A stretch of DNA of 64,000 nt from Patescibacteria group bacterium (GCA_041675145.1 JBAYUK010000001.1:312283-376282), one strand, 5' to 3'. Numbered from the stretch's first letter, positions 45,843 to 55,894 are shown. Program-made: numbers and translations. The notes: generated by a model from the letters alone, not told the origin.

Positions 45843-47333
45843 TTAAACCTTGAGATCTCGTGCTGGCGGAGAGAGCTCTCTATCAGCATAGGTCTCTTTG
45901 AGATTTTCTCGAACTTCTGCCGCGAACAGCCGAGCCTGGTTAGGGGCTCGCCCAATCATGGTTTTAGGATCGAGAAAGTTTTGAATTTTGTCATGGACTG
46001 GGGCAAGCATAGGCTCGTCCATCATCCGACCAAGCATGTCGTAAGACTCGGCGCCACTCTTGCGGAAACTTTCAACTGAGGCTACGCTATGCACGCGTAG
46101 TAAATCATGGATCACTTGACGATCCGCTCCGTGACTTTCCACCATCTCATTAATGATTGAAACGGTTGCAAGGAAAGGCAGGAACTTATTGAGGTGTGTT
46201 TCAATGCGTGCTGGAAAAACTCTCAGCCCGTCGAACACATTGTGCGCAACAAGACAGGTCGCATCGGCGTAAAGACCAGCTTCGGAAAGCGTAATGCGAC
46301 CCGCTGCTGAGTCATCTAAAGTTCGCTCAAGTCCCTGACTTGCATGCGTTTGCAAAGCACAGTTTGATAACCCTATCAGCATCCTATCCAGAGCATTGCC
46401 CCGTTCTGAGCGCATTGGGTTCTGTTTGAAAGCTTGCGCACTGCTGCCGATCTGATCAACACCAAAAGGCTCATGGATTTGATCCAACATTGCCAGAATC
46501 CGGACATCAAAGAACATCTTTGAAGCAGAAGAACCCAGCTTAGCAAGAGCCAAAACGAAGTCAGCATCGTATTGGCGTGAATAGGTTTGACCTGTTATGG
46601 ACAAAATCTTTCCATTAAAGTCAAAGTCGTTGGCAACTTGTTGCTCTAATAGCAGAACAAGACTTTCATCCCCTCTGCAGAGCTGCATGAGTGATTGCTG
46701 AGTGCCGGTGGCATCTTTAATGCCACGGAAAGGAAGCTCATTGCGCACTCGACGGATATCTAAGTATGCGTGGTTTAAATCCTCCAACCACATAGCAATC
46801 CGCTTGCCAAGGGTTGTGGGCTGTGCCATTTGAAGATGGGTAAACCCAGCACAAATCAAATCTGCATGTTCCTCGGCCAAAAAGGTCATCTTATACATAA
46901 CCCTTGCAAGACGCAACAACACCAAATCCAAAGCCTCGCGCATAGTAATTAGTTTTGCGTTATCTGTGATGTCGCAACTCGTAAGAGCCAGATGAATAAA
47001 CCGGGCTAGCTCCTCCAGGCCGTGCTCTCTGCAAATGTCCTGGAAAGCGTGAACATGAGCCATGACATCATGGCGATTCTTGCGTTCGTACTCAGCTGCC
47101 AGATCAATGTTAATAAGAGGGATCAACCCGTACATCTTCTCCAGCTGGCCCTCGGGTATTTTAATAAGACCCATGCCCTTCATGTGTTTTAGAATGGTGT
47201 ACCAGAGCATTCTCCATGTGGTGAACTGCTTGAAGTCTGAAAACACTTTCTGCATTTCTTCAGATGTGTAGCGGCTCGCAAGAGGGTGTTTCCATTCTTT
47301 TGATGGAAGTCTGAAAGATGGCTGTGTTGTCAC
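45843..47333 (-). CDS. purB: adenylosuccinate lyase
   Basis: 496 aa of the fumarase/ASL superfamily, with the PurB N-terminus RYTSEEMQKVFSD and conserved lyase motifs. Confidence 0.8.
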   Translation of the reverse strand: MTTQPSFRLPSKEWKHPLASRYTSEEMQKVFSDFKQFTTWRMLWYTILKHMKGMGLIKIPEGQLEKMYGLIPLINIDLAAEYERKNRHDVMAHVHAFQDICREHGLEELARFIHLALTSCDITDNAKLITMREALDLVLLRLARVMYKMTFLAEEHADLICAGFTHLQMAQPTTLGKRIAMWLEDLNHAYLDIRRVRNELPFRGIKDATGTQQSLMQLCRGDESLVLLLEQQVANDFDFNGKILSITGQTYSRQYDADFVLALAKLGSSASKMFFDVRILAMLDQIHEPFGVDQIGSSAQAFKQNPMRSERGNALDRMLIGLSNCALQTHASQGLERTLDDSAAGRITLSEAGLYADATCLVAHNVFDGLRVFPARIETHLNKFLPFLATVSIINEMVESHGADRQVIHDLLRVHSVASVESFRKSGAESYDMLGRMMDEPMLAPVHDKIQNFLDPKTMIGRAPNQARLFAAEVRENLKETYADRELSPPARDLKV

Positions 47334-47466
47334 TCTACGTTCCTACCTTTTTCTTGAATTTTTTAGGTGCAGTGCCTTATGGACACAGCGCACTAGAAAC
47401 TAATATACCAAAAAACGGCTCTAAATACAAGAAAAACGCCTTTCGGCGCTTATCTTGATATAAAAA

Positions 47467-47538
47467 TGCTCTCGGCAGGAATCGAACCTACATCACCAGC
47501 TCCGCAAGCTAGCGTCCTATCCGTTGAACGACGAGAGC
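47467..47538 (-). tRNA. tRNA-Arg (anticodon GCG)
   Basis: Hand-folded cloverleaf. The acceptor is GCUCUCG/CGAGAGC, D-arm GUUC-AACGGAUA-GGAC, anticodon arm CUAGC-UUGCGGA-GCUGG and T-arm GUAGG-UUCGAUU-CCUGC, with discriminator A. A terminator hairpin follows at about 47437-47456. Confidence 0.7.
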
Positions 47539-47543
47539 ACACT

Positions 47544-48017
47544 TTATTTCCGCAACCAATTAGCCAAACTTTCTGAAAAGTCAGTCACTTTTCCTTCTAC
47601 CAAAAGGATATCTACCGGGAAAAGTCGGGTTACTTGCTGAGCGTCCTGAGTACCGAGTGGAATTGCTATCTGAGTTGCAATCTTACTTTTTGGCACTAAG
47701 TAAAGCGTATGGTTTCCCTGCCCTATCCAGTAGCCATTATACTGATCAAAGCTGTGAAATCTACCATCCACCATGACACCACTGGCCGTCACTCCGATAT
47801 TAACTGGCTTTTTATCTGTCGTAAGGTATGAATAAAGAGCTAGCGGCAATAGAGCAAACACCAGTGCCATGAGCCACTGCGTGGTATATATAGCATATCC
47901 AATGACTGCTACGAGGATAATAAATACAAGGGCTATGTTGGTTGTGTTAAAAGAACGAGTCTGGAACCCTTCGGTTTGCCAGGCTAAGAGAATTTTTTCA
48001 CTGTTTGTTTGTGCCAT
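47544..48017 (-). CDS. hypothetical membrane protein
   Basis: ORF with two TM segments. Start taken at MAQTNSEK. Confidence 0.4.
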   Translation of the reverse strand: MAQTNSEKILLAWQTEGFQTRSFNTTNIALVFIILVAVIGYAIYTTQWLMALVFALLPLALYSYLTTDKKPVNIGVTASGVMVDGRFHSFDQYNGYWIGQGNHTLYLVPKSKIATQIAIPLGTQDAQQVTRLFPVDILLVEGKVTDFSESLANWLRK

Positions 48018-48080
48018 ATGTTTTTTATTTTGTGCACAGTATACCACAAGAAAAATGAATCATGAAGTATGAATCGATCC

Positions 48081-49889
48081 TTACTTACCCATCGACAATT
48101 TGCGACGATACTCCGCCTCGTCCAAGATTACTTTTCGAATACGGATATTCTTTGGGGTAATCTCAACCAACTCATCATCGGCGATATATTCCAATGCATC
48201 CTCCAGGTTCATTTCCTTTGGCGCATTCACGTGCTCTGCTACTCCAGATCCTGCCGAACGAACGTTGCTAAGCTGCTTAGTCTTACATACATTGATCGAG
48301 AGGTCGTTACTGCGGATATGTTGCCCTACCACCTGTCCTTTATATATTGAAACAGCAGGTCCAAAGAAAAGTGTTCCACGGTCTTGCACCTGGAGAAGGC
48401 CGTACGAGTTGGTCTGACCTGTTTCGTGTGCAACTAGTGAACCGTTGTCTCGTGGCTGGATCTTATAGTTTGCCTCACGGTAGCTATCAAAGAGGGTGTT
48501 CATAATACCAAGACCACGGGTATCTACGAGAAACTCTGAACGGTACCCTATCAGACCCTGAGTTGGGACAAGAAATACCAGCTGGGTAATGCCGTTGTCT
48601 GTTTTCATTTCTTCCATCTGGCCACCTCTGGCTCCCAGCTTCTGGATCACTGCTCCAGAGTAATCGTCCGGTACATCAATAAATGCTTTTTCAAACGGAG
48701 CCATGGTCTTACCATTTTCCTCACGAGTAATTACCTGAGGACGAGATACTTGAAGTTCATATCCTTCACGGCGCAGTCGCTCAATAAGAATCGCTAAGTG
48801 AAGCTCACCACGACCCGAAACAACCCAGTTGTTTTCAGTTCCGTCCTGGACGCGTAGCGCCATGTCGTTTTCTAGTTCCTTCATAAGGCGCTCACGAATC
48901 TGACGACTGGTAGTAAACTGTCCTTCGCGACCAGCGAAGGGTGAGTCGTTAACCATAAAGGTCATTTTAACGGTTGGTTCATCAATTTTAAGTACGGGAA
49001 GTGCTACAGGATTCTCAACGTCGGCTAGGGTTTCACCAATATTAGCTTCTGGAATTCCGGCAATAGCGACAATATCTCCCGCGATAGCTGACGTTATGTC
49101 TGTTCGCTCAAGCCCGGTAAAGCACATAAGCGCGGTGATACGGTATTTTTTCATAGCCCCTTCACGGTTGATCAACATCACTTCCTGGGCAGCGGCAATC
49201 TTTCCGTTATGAATACGCCCTGTTACAATACGACCCTTGAAGTTGTCGGCAGCAATGGTAGTAACCAAGAACTGCAACGGCTTTTCAGGATCACCCTTTG
49301 GCTCTGGGATATATTTTACAATTGCATCAAAGATTGGCGTAATATCCGTCATCTTCGAAAGATCTGACTCTTCACCCGCCAACCCAAGCTTGGTTGCCGC
49401 ATAGAGTACTGGGAAATCCAAAGTCGCATCGTCAGCGCCGAGCTCTACGAAAAGGTCAAAGGTCTGGTTTAAAGCCCAGTCAGACCGAGCATCTGGCTTG
49501 TCTATCTTATTTACGATCACAATAATGCGCTGCTTCATCTCAAGCGCTTTTTTGAGCACGAAACGAGTCTGTGGCATTGGCCCTTCTTTTGCATCTACTA
49601 CCAACAAACATCCGCTTGCCATAGAAAGCACACGCTCTACTTCACCACCAAAGTCAGCGTGACCTGGGGTGTCGATAATATTGATTTTAATATCTCCGTA
49701 CTGCACAGAAGCATTTTTTGAAAAGATAGTAATACCGCGTTCTTTTTCAAGATCGTTACTATCCATGATCAGGTCGCGCGCCTCTGCATCTTTATTGAGC
49801 TTTGTCTGAGTCTGGCGCAGGAGCGCATCAACCAAGGTAGTCTTACCGTGGTCAACGTGGGCAATGATGGCAATATTTCGAATTTGCAT
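48081..49889 (-). CDS. typA: translational GTPase TypA/BipA
   Basis: [22 protein letters not shown]...[14 protein letters not shown]...NKIDKP, with the EF-G-like domain order. Confidence 0.9.
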   Translation of the reverse strand: MQIRNIAIIAHVDHGKTTLVDALLRQTQTKLNKDAEARDLIMDSNDLEKERGITIFSKNASVQYGDIKINIIDTPGHADFGGEVERVLSMASGCLLVVDAKEGPMPQTRFVLKKALEMKQRIIVIVNKIDKPDARSDWALNQTFDLFVELGADDATLDFPVLYAATKLGLAGEESDLSKMTDITPIFDAIVKYIPEPKGDPEKPLQFLVTTIAADNFKGRIVTGRIHNGKIAAAQEVMLINREGAMKKYRITALMCFTGLERTDITSAIAGDIVAIAGIPEANIGETLADVENPVALPVLKIDEPTVKMTFMVNDSPFAGREGQFTTSRQIRERLMKELENDMALRVQDGTENNWVVSGRGELHLAILIERLRREGYELQVSRPQVITREENGKTMAPFEKAFIDVPDDYSGAVIQKLGARGGQMEEMKTDNGITQLVFLVPTQGLIGYRSEFLVDTRGLGIMNTLFDSYREANYKIQPRDNGSLVAHETGQTNSYGLLQVQDRGTLFFGPAVSIYKGQVVGQHIRSNDLSINVCKTKQLSNVRSAGSGVAEHVNAPKEMNLEDALEYIADDELVEITPKNIRIRKVILDEAEYRRKLSMGK

Positions 49890-50014
49890 AAAAATTCTTT
49901 AGGGCTAAAAAAATACATGCGAGAAACGACATGTATCATGTCTGAACAAATGATAATACCTAGATTGTATCAGGATAGACCCTAATCGTCAACCGTTTTG
50001 ACCGCGGTAGTTCT

Positions 50015-51292
50015 TTAGAGAATGCTCAAAAAAGGCACATGCATGTCCACCTGGTCTTCACGACCTCCTTTTTTCTTATCAAAATTTACGCCCTCGTCTT
50101 GGCGGGCTTTCGCGCGTGCCCCCATGCCAGAAGCCAAAAAGACACTATGAGTACCGTATTTGGCCGCAATCTTATCTACTGCCATAAACGCCTGGCTCTT
50201 TTGAGTGCGAATAGTATGGAGCCCAAAGACATCTAGCTGCTCTCTTCCTTCAGAAACCAGTCCGGTTAAGGTTATGCCCGTGGTTCGATAATACTGGTAA
50301 CGATTAAATAGTTTCCGTAATTTTGGCTCTATAACACCCATTATCTCGCCAGGAACATGAGTTGGATACGGCAAAGTAAGCTCTGCCCCGACATAGTCGA
50401 AATCCTTGGTTTTGAGAAAAAAAGAAACATGGGTAGCCAGCAACTGGTAGCGCCGAGCTTTCACGCAGGCGTGCTCGATGTTGCGAGAGAGGTACGAAAT
50501 AAGTTCATCAACATTACTGCAGTTAGGGTGAAAGGTGCGACTTACACCAATTGACTTGTAGCTGTCTTTCGTTGCGGTACTGACCGGAAGAAGCGAGAAG
50601 CCATGTAACTCGTACCACATCATACGATACGGTTTGGCTAGACTGTTATGTACCCATTCCTCACTCATACCAGCAAAAGCAGCTGCGGTTACTATACCCT
50701 GGCTTTTAAACCGTTTTCCCATGCGACTGCCTATACCCCAGAGTTTTTCAATTGGGGTTTTTTCAAGATAGGTCATATAATCATCGGGATATATTACCGT
50801 CATCCCATATGGTTTAGCCCACTTACTGGCCACCTTTGCCAAACACTTACTGGGAGCAAGTCCGACTGAGACCGAAATATCTAGCTCAGATAAAATGGTT
50901 TGTTGAATAGTTACTGCAATCTCCTCGACTGTCATGCGATTAGCCTTTTCTGTCCCGGTAAGATCCGCGAAGCACTCATCTATACTGTATTCCTCCACAG
51001 TTGGGGTGAACCTCCTGACAATTTCAAACATCTGGCGAGCAAAACTCGCATACGCTCGGTAGTTACCGGGTTTTACGATGGCCTGCGGAAGCATTCTCTT
51101 TAGTTGAGAAATCGGCATACCTCGGGTTACTCCGGCTGCCTTTGCCTCATAGGAAAGAGCAGAGACAATTCCCCGTTCCTGTCCGGTTACTACAATCTTC
51201 CCCTTCAGTGTTGGGTCGAGTGCCATCTCGCAACCCACAAAAAAAGCGTCCCCATCAAGGTGAAGGATGTATGGCTTACTCGGTTTTGTCAT
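50015..51292 (-). CDS. dinB: DNA polymerase IV (Y-family)
   Basis: Trimmed to MTKPSKPYILHLDGDAFFVGCE... A SIDECF motif is also present. A GC-rich inverted repeat lies upstream (see findings). Confidence 0.8.
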   Translation of the reverse strand: MTKPSKPYILHLDGDAFFVGCEMALDPTLKGKIVVTGQERGIVSALSYEAKAAGVTRGMPISQLKRMLPQAIVKPGNYRAYASFARQMFEIVRRFTPTVEEYSIDECFADLTGTEKANRMTVEEIAVTIQQTILSELDISVSVGLAPSKCLAKVASKWAKPYGMTVIYPDDYMTYLEKTPIEKLWGIGSRMGKRFKSQGIVTAAAFAGMSEEWVHNSLAKPYRMMWYELHGFSLLPVSTATKDSYKSIGVSRTFHPNCSNVDELISYLSRNIEHACVKARRYQLLATHVSFFLKTKDFDYVGAELTLPYPTHVPGEIMGVIEPKLRKLFNRYQYYRTTGITLTGLVSEGREQLDVFGLHTIRTQKSQAFMAVDKIAAKYGTHSVFLASGMGARAKARQDEGVNFDKKKGGREDQVDMHVPFLSIL

Positions 51293-51396
51293 TGAGGCAA
51301 TATACATACACTCATCATGCGCGCACCACCACCTCGCGCGCAACCTTGCATAAAAACAAGAATCCTCGCATACCAAAAACTTGCACCAAATAACCA

Positions 51397-51687
51397 TTAC
51401 AATACTTTGGGATTTTTATTTTTTATGTTTTCCCATGACTTTTTCTGTTCCTGGATGTAAAGATTAACATCACCATACATGCCACGCGCTATCCCAGCAT
51501 ACGCACTTATATCTGCTTTTTTGTGATTACACTGAACAGGACGAACCATCATGCAGCTCGTCGAAGGTACTTGCACCACCTCAGTAGCAGTACTTTTTAC
51601 AACACCAAGACTGTGCCATACCTTCTTCAAAGTAAGCGTTTTATTTCTTTCTCGATATTGGGTTCTCCATATATACAACCAAGTCAT
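51397..51687 (-). CDS. hypothetical small protein (96 aa), doubtful
   Basis: ORF in the dinB upstream region. No RBS and no motif. Confidence 0.25.
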   Translation of the reverse strand: MTWLYIWRTQYRERNKTLTLKKVWHSLGVVKSTATEVVQVPSTSCMMVRPVQCNHKKADISAYAGIARGMYGDVNLYIQEQKKSWENIKNKNPKVL

Positions 51688-51774
51688 AAAATTAGAATAC
51701 AGAGCGTAACACTATCTTACAAGGAGTATAGGGTTAATATACGAGAAATCATAGCTAAACTTGACAAACACCAA

Positions 51775-51805
51775 AAGAAGCGTATTGCTACGCTTCTTTT
51801 GGGTT
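51775..51805. terminator. bidirectional rho-independent terminator
   Basis: AGAAGCGTA-ttgc-TACGCTTCT followed by TTTGG. Confidence 0.6.
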
Positions 51806-51821
51806 CGAGTCTAATTAAAAA

Positions 51822-52121
51822 TTAGAAACGACGTGGTCCGCGGTCTGAACGCTCTTCACGAGGACGAGCAGGAGTAACTCGGATCATACGACCATCGAGT
51901 TCTTTTTCATTCCACATATCAATTGCAGCCTTCGCCGCTTCTGGAGTTGCCATAGTTACGAAACCAAAACCTTTTGAACGACCAGAGTCGCGATCGGTAA
52001 TGATAATTGCTTCTACAACTTCACCAGCCTGCTCAAAAGCAGCTTTCAAACTCTCTGAAGTGGTCGCATACGCGATACCAGCAACATACAATTTGTTTGC
52101 TTCTGCAGCAGCATTGTTCAT
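51822..52121 (-). CDS. RRM-type RNA-binding protein (Rbp/glycine-rich RNA-binding-protein-like)
   Basis: RNP2 is KLYVAGI and RNP1 is KGFGFVTM. The tail is R/G/D/E-rich. GC-rich. Confidence 0.75.
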   Translation of the reverse strand: MNNAAAEANKLYVAGIAYATTSESLKAAFEQAGEVVEAIIITDRDSGRSKGFGFVTMATPEAAKAAIDMWNEKELDGRMIRVTPARPREERSDRGPRRF

Positions 52122-52529
52122 AGTGTCTTCCATGATATACCTTTGCTATTTTACCTATATTTCGCGTGAACCGACCTTCGTTCTTTATCAAAACAAATTA
52201 TCTTCACACTTGACCACTAGTATAGCACAGAAAGCCCGGAATTACAAGGATTAAATTGCCAACCCACCTAAAATGCGCTAAGATAGGACGACACCAAGAC
52301 ACAAGACCTCACAAAAAGGAGAATTGCTCTTGAACAACCCACCCCTCCCCGTAATCCGAGGTCTGCGCCTCGCGATTCTCACCGTCCAGGCTATTATGAT
52401 GACTGCGCTTACGCTCAATCAGTATCCAGCCATCAGTATCCCACCCTTCACCCAAAACATCGTTTTGGGCATCGTTGTGCTGTGGTCAAAAGCCGAACAC
52501 TGGCTTGAAGTCACAGAAAGGAAAAGCAG

Positions 52530-53003
52530 TTGAGCACAGAACTCAAACCCCTCATCATCATCCGTCCCTATGCGCACCTGGTAAAAGCCATGCGTGAGAT
52601 TCTGTATGAAATTGGGTACGAGATCAAAGACGACAAGGCAGTTATTGATCGCAAAGCAACTCTTGAAGATGTCAAAGACGACCTCAAGAAAGTCAACAGC
52701 AAGACCTGCCCACTGTTTCTGGTTCCGTTCCAACACATCCAGGACAGGGAAGGAAAAACCCTCAACGGGTTTATTGTCATTCAGGACCTTTTGGCTCAAT
52801 CAGGAGGACTATTTACCCAGATCCCCAAAGATGTCCACTTTCTCATGACGATTGCCACCGCCAACAAGGCCACCTACGATCGACATAAAGAAACTCACAA
52901 AGAACTCTTCGGGAAAACAAAAATCCTTGAACTCCACGAAGACCTGGTTCTTACTACTCCGTACGAAGCTCAGGAAGCCATCCGGAAGTTCTTAAACACC
53001 TAA
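52530..53003 (+). CDS. hypothetical protein (157 aa, TTG start)
   Basis: ORF with an AAAGGA RBS. No domain recognised. Confidence 0.4.
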   Translation: MSTELKPLIIIRPYAHLVKAMREILYEIGYEIKDDKAVIDRKATLEDVKDDLKKVNSKTCPLFLVPFQHIQDREGKTLNGFIVIQDLLAQSGGLFTQIPKDVHFLMTIATANKATYDRHKETHKELFGKTKILELHEDLVLTTPYEAQEAIRKFLNT

Positions 53004-53022
53004 ACATCCACAGCACATGCTA

Positions 53023-53062
53023 AGCCCGCCCTCGATTTAATCGTACAGGCGGGTCTTTTTTT
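53023..53062. terminator. bidirectional rho-independent terminator
   Basis: CCCGCC, loop, GGCGGG, then TCTTTTTTT. Confidence 0.7.
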
Positions 53063-53071
53063 AGAAAAAAT

Positions 53072-53689
53072 CTACTTACTTGTTATAGTTGTGTATTTCT
53101 CTTCTACCACTTCCCAGTTAATAACCTTCCACCAGGCATCTACATATTCCGGGCGACGGTTCTGAACTTTAAGATAGTAGGCGTGCTCCCAGATATCACA
53201 GACTAGAATCGGAGTAAGGTTTTGTGTTATTGGACAGTCCTGCAACGGAAGATTAACAATTTCCAACTTTGCATCAGAAGTTACCACAAGCCATGTCCAG
53301 CCAGAACCAAAGAGTGTCGCAGCCATAGTGTTGAATTGCTCTTGAAACGCTTCGAACGAACCCCACTGTTGGGTAATGTTCTCCAACACAGCGCCAGTAG
53401 GTACATTGCCTTCCTGCCCAGGTCTCATAGTTTCAAAGTAGAGGTTATGATTCCACACACCACCACCGTGATTACGTACGGCCGTTCGGATATCTTCCGG
53501 CACCTCATGAAGCTTTGTGAGCAAGTCATCAAGGCTCCAACTCTCAAGCGCTGGGTGTTTGGCAAGAGCTTCATTGAGCTTGTTTACATAGGTCTGATGA
53601 TGTTTGCTGTGATGAATCTCAACAGTCTTCGCGTCGATGTATGGCTCCAGCGCGTCGTACGCGTATGGTAGGGTCATTAATGTATGCAT
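53072..53689 (-). CDS. sodA: Fe/Mn superoxide dismutase
   Basis: LPYAYDALEPYIDAKTVEIHHSKHHQTYV...DIWEHAYYL. All four metal ligands are present. Confidence 0.9.
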   Translation of the reverse strand: MHTLMTLPYAYDALEPYIDAKTVEIHHSKHHQTYVNKLNEALAKHPALESWSLDDLLTKLHEVPEDIRTAVRNHGGGVWNHNLYFETMRPGQEGNVPTGAVLENITQQWGSFEAFQEQFNTMAATLFGSGWTWLVVTSDAKLEIVNLPLQDCPITQNLTPILVCDIWEHAYYLKVQNRRPEYVDAWWKVINWEVVEEKYTTITSK

Positions 53690-53698
53690 AGTAAGAAT

Positions 53699-54118
53699 TT
53701 ATTTAATAGATACGAGAATCGCTCCAGCTAACACTAATAAACCTCCCAGCCCTGTCTTCCAGGTAATCCCTTCAGCTAAGAATAGAGCAGCAAACACCAA
53801 CGCAAACACAACACTGGTACGGTCGATAACCGTTACCACTCCGACCGGTCCAGCTTTAAGCGCAATAAAGTAAAAAAACCACGAGATGGCACCTGCAATA
53901 CCTGATGCCGCAATCCAGCCGAGCGCATGGTTATCTATTTGTGATATGAGCTTCCATTTAGACAAGGCAGTTGCTACAACTAAGAAGAAAGCCATCATCA
54001 CAGCCACGCGCACTGTCGTCGCAATTGTCGGGTCAACATCTTTGAGTCCTAACTTACCAAAGATAGCCACCAATGCGGCAAAAAAAGCAGAGAGAATTGC
54101 GTAAAGAATATAGAGCAT
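53699..54118 (-). CDS. small EamA/DMT-superfamily transporter (4 TM)
   Basis: About 140 aa with the EamA half-transporter pattern (GKLGLKDVDP..., IALKAGPVGVVTVI). Confidence 0.55.
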   Translation of the reverse strand: MLYILYAILSAFFAALVAIFGKLGLKDVDPTIATTVRVAVMMAFFLVVATALSKWKLISQIDNHALGWIAASGIAGAISWFFYFIALKAGPVGVVTVIDRTSVVFALVFAALFLAEGITWKTGLGGLLVLAGAILVSIK

Positions 54119-54119
54119 G

Positions 54120-54641
54120 CTATTTTCTGTAAGAGATAAGAATGACGAGCACAATAGCTACGGAAGTAGTGAGACTCATAAGCGGGAGAGTAATATACCC
54201 AAACTCCCAGACATAGCGCTGTGCACAGGTAACGGTTGCTGCCCCACAGTTACCTAGTGGCGTTCCACCGTACTGGATATATGAATGGTACACGCCAATC
54301 AACAGTGCAAACCCAGAAAGGTAGAGCGCGTACATAGGTGCATAAACCCGGTCTCGGCTCAGGAGCCCGAGCCCCAACACAACTACTGATGGATAGAGAA
54401 AAATTCTCTGCCACCAACACAAGCTACATGGGTCAAAACCAACTACATTTGAGTAGATTAAGCTACCAATAGTAGCACTGACAGCAATGACAAAAGCAAT
54501 TTTTGGACCATGGAACTTTAGCCACTTCTTACCGGGAATACTTACTCCCGCGAAACGATACAGAATAAAATCCACTACCATCAGAAGAATAAAGATCTGA
54601 AGCAATATAGTACCAATGGCGAATAGTGTAGATATGGTCAT
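54120..54641 (-). CDS. dsbB: disulfide bond formation protein B (DsbB/BdbC-type)
   Basis: Four TM, with a CSLCWWQR Cys pair in the first loop and a second Cys pair (NCGAATVTC) in the second loop. Confidence 0.7.
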   Translation of the reverse strand: MTISTLFAIGTILLQIFILLMVVDFILYRFAGVSIPGKKWLKFHGPKIAFVIAVSATIGSLIYSNVVGFDPCSLCWWQRIFLYPSVVVLGLGLLSRDRVYAPMYALYLSGFALLIGVYHSYIQYGGTPLGNCGAATVTCAQRYVWEFGYITLPLMSLTTSVAIVLVILISYRK

Positions 54642-54650
54642 AGTTGTTTT

Positions 54651-55037
54651 TTACTGTGGTAAGACACAACCCGTCTTCGTAGCTAATGTTTCAAACGGCA
54701 CTTCTCCGACCTCACGGGTATCATCGGCAAAAATCCAAGTCGGGTACCCCTCTATCTTCTTGTCTTTACAGACAGGGAGCTGACCTTTGCCATCTTGAGT
54801 AGAACACTCCACATACTTAATTTTTTTCATAGAGTTACCAAACTGTGCTTTTACTTTCTGGCAATGAGGACACCAAAAAGCACCGTAAAAGGTCGCTCCC
54901 TTTTCAGACAAACACGCCGCAAACTGATCATACTTACCAGGCGCGTTACCGGCTTTGACTAAAAAGAATGCGAAGATTCCAATTGCAATAAGCCCGACTG
55001 AACCGATTCCTAAAAAAAGTTTTACTGAGCTATCCAT
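54651..55037 (-). CDS. membrane-anchored thioredoxin-fold thiol:disulfide oxidoreductase (DsbA/BdbD-like)
   Basis: Trimmed to MDSSVKLF... TM anchor, then FWCPHCQ (a CxxC active site). Confidence 0.6.
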   Translation of the reverse strand: MDSSVKLFLGIGSVGLIAIGIFAFFLVKAGNAPGKYDQFAACLSEKGATFYGAFWCPHCQKVKAQFGNSMKKIKYVECSTQDGKGQLPVCKDKKIEGYPTWIFADDTREVGEVPFETLATKTGCVLPQ

Positions 55038-55041
55038 AGTA

Positions 55042-55320
55042 TTATTTTTTATTTCTAAGAGATTGTATTTCACCCTTCCAGCGCCAGGCTGGTTTTTCTC
55101 CGGTATAGTATGCAATGACACACAGCACGACAGTAGCGGGGACAATAAGAAGAAAAAAGCGTACAAGAGTCTCTGGTACAGTATGCACTTTACTATCCAC
55201 ATCAAATGCAACCAGCACTACAAACACTACATAACCAAGAGTACACGCCCATCCCTGCCACGTAACTGGATACCATCCAAGTCCGTATGTCTTTGCTTTA
55301 TACCACAGTCTTTTTTGCAT
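55042..55320 (-). CDS. small 2-TM membrane protein (92 aa)
   Basis: ORF in the same operon orientation. Confidence 0.3.
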   Translation of the reverse strand: MQKRLWYKAKTYGLGWYPVTWQGWACTLGYVVFVVLVAFDVDSKVHTVPETLVRFFLLIVPATVVLCVIAYYTGEKPAWRWKGEIQSLRNKK

Positions 55321-55894
55321 GAAGATAGTATACCACGGCCGTTGCTATTATTGGTGACACTACGGTATATAAACCAAGCGGGATAGTTGTCGCAATCAAC
55401 CAAATCCCCCACCACTGCACTGCTTCTCCTTTTTCCTGTGCAAACTTCAAATGCGTATAGCGATAGATAAACCCACAAAGCCAGACGATACACCCTAAAA
55501 GATCTACATATCCAAGCGGTGGATAATAGGGGGTGTTGGCCACTATCACGATAGGTAGTGCAACGAGCGCACCAACAATTCCTCTGAGCAAGTACGACTT
55601 CACATAGAGTTGTATTCCTTCTCTTCCCGCCTCTTCTCGTTCTTTCTCTCGATACCGGAATGCAATGATGTGCTGAGCCCCCAATACGAACATCAGCACA
55701 AACAGTATCATGGGCCGTATAGTTTGGTGATGAAATATAAAGACATTCAACACCGCAATCGCCATCGGATACAGTCCCCACCCAAGACGAGCCAAATAAG
55801 CGTCTTTTTCACGAGCCGACTCTAGAAACAAAACAGTCGCTAGCAGCGCACCTACTATAACCGATACAATACATGCATTAATGAGAGTTATCAT
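55298..55894 (-). CDS. polytopic membrane protein (ICMT/DUF1295-like fold suspected)
   Basis: 198 aa, about 5 TM. Family assignment is weak. Confidence 0.4.
   Translation of the reverse strand: MITLINACIVSVIVGALLATVLFLESAREKDAYLARLGWGLYPMAIAVLNVFIFHHQTIRPMILFVLMFVLGAQHIIAFRYREKEREEAGREGIQLYVKSYLLRGIVGALVALPIVIVANTPYYPPLGYVDLLGCIVWLCGFIYRYTHLKFAQEKGEAVQWWGIWLIATTIPLGLYTVVSPIIATAVVYYLHAKKTVV

Noticed and set aside
52324-52533. 69-aa hydrophobic ORF (TTG start) upstream of 52530..53003
   Set aside because: It is short, has a TTG start and shows poor RBS spacing. It could be a real membrane micro-protein, but evidence is insufficient.
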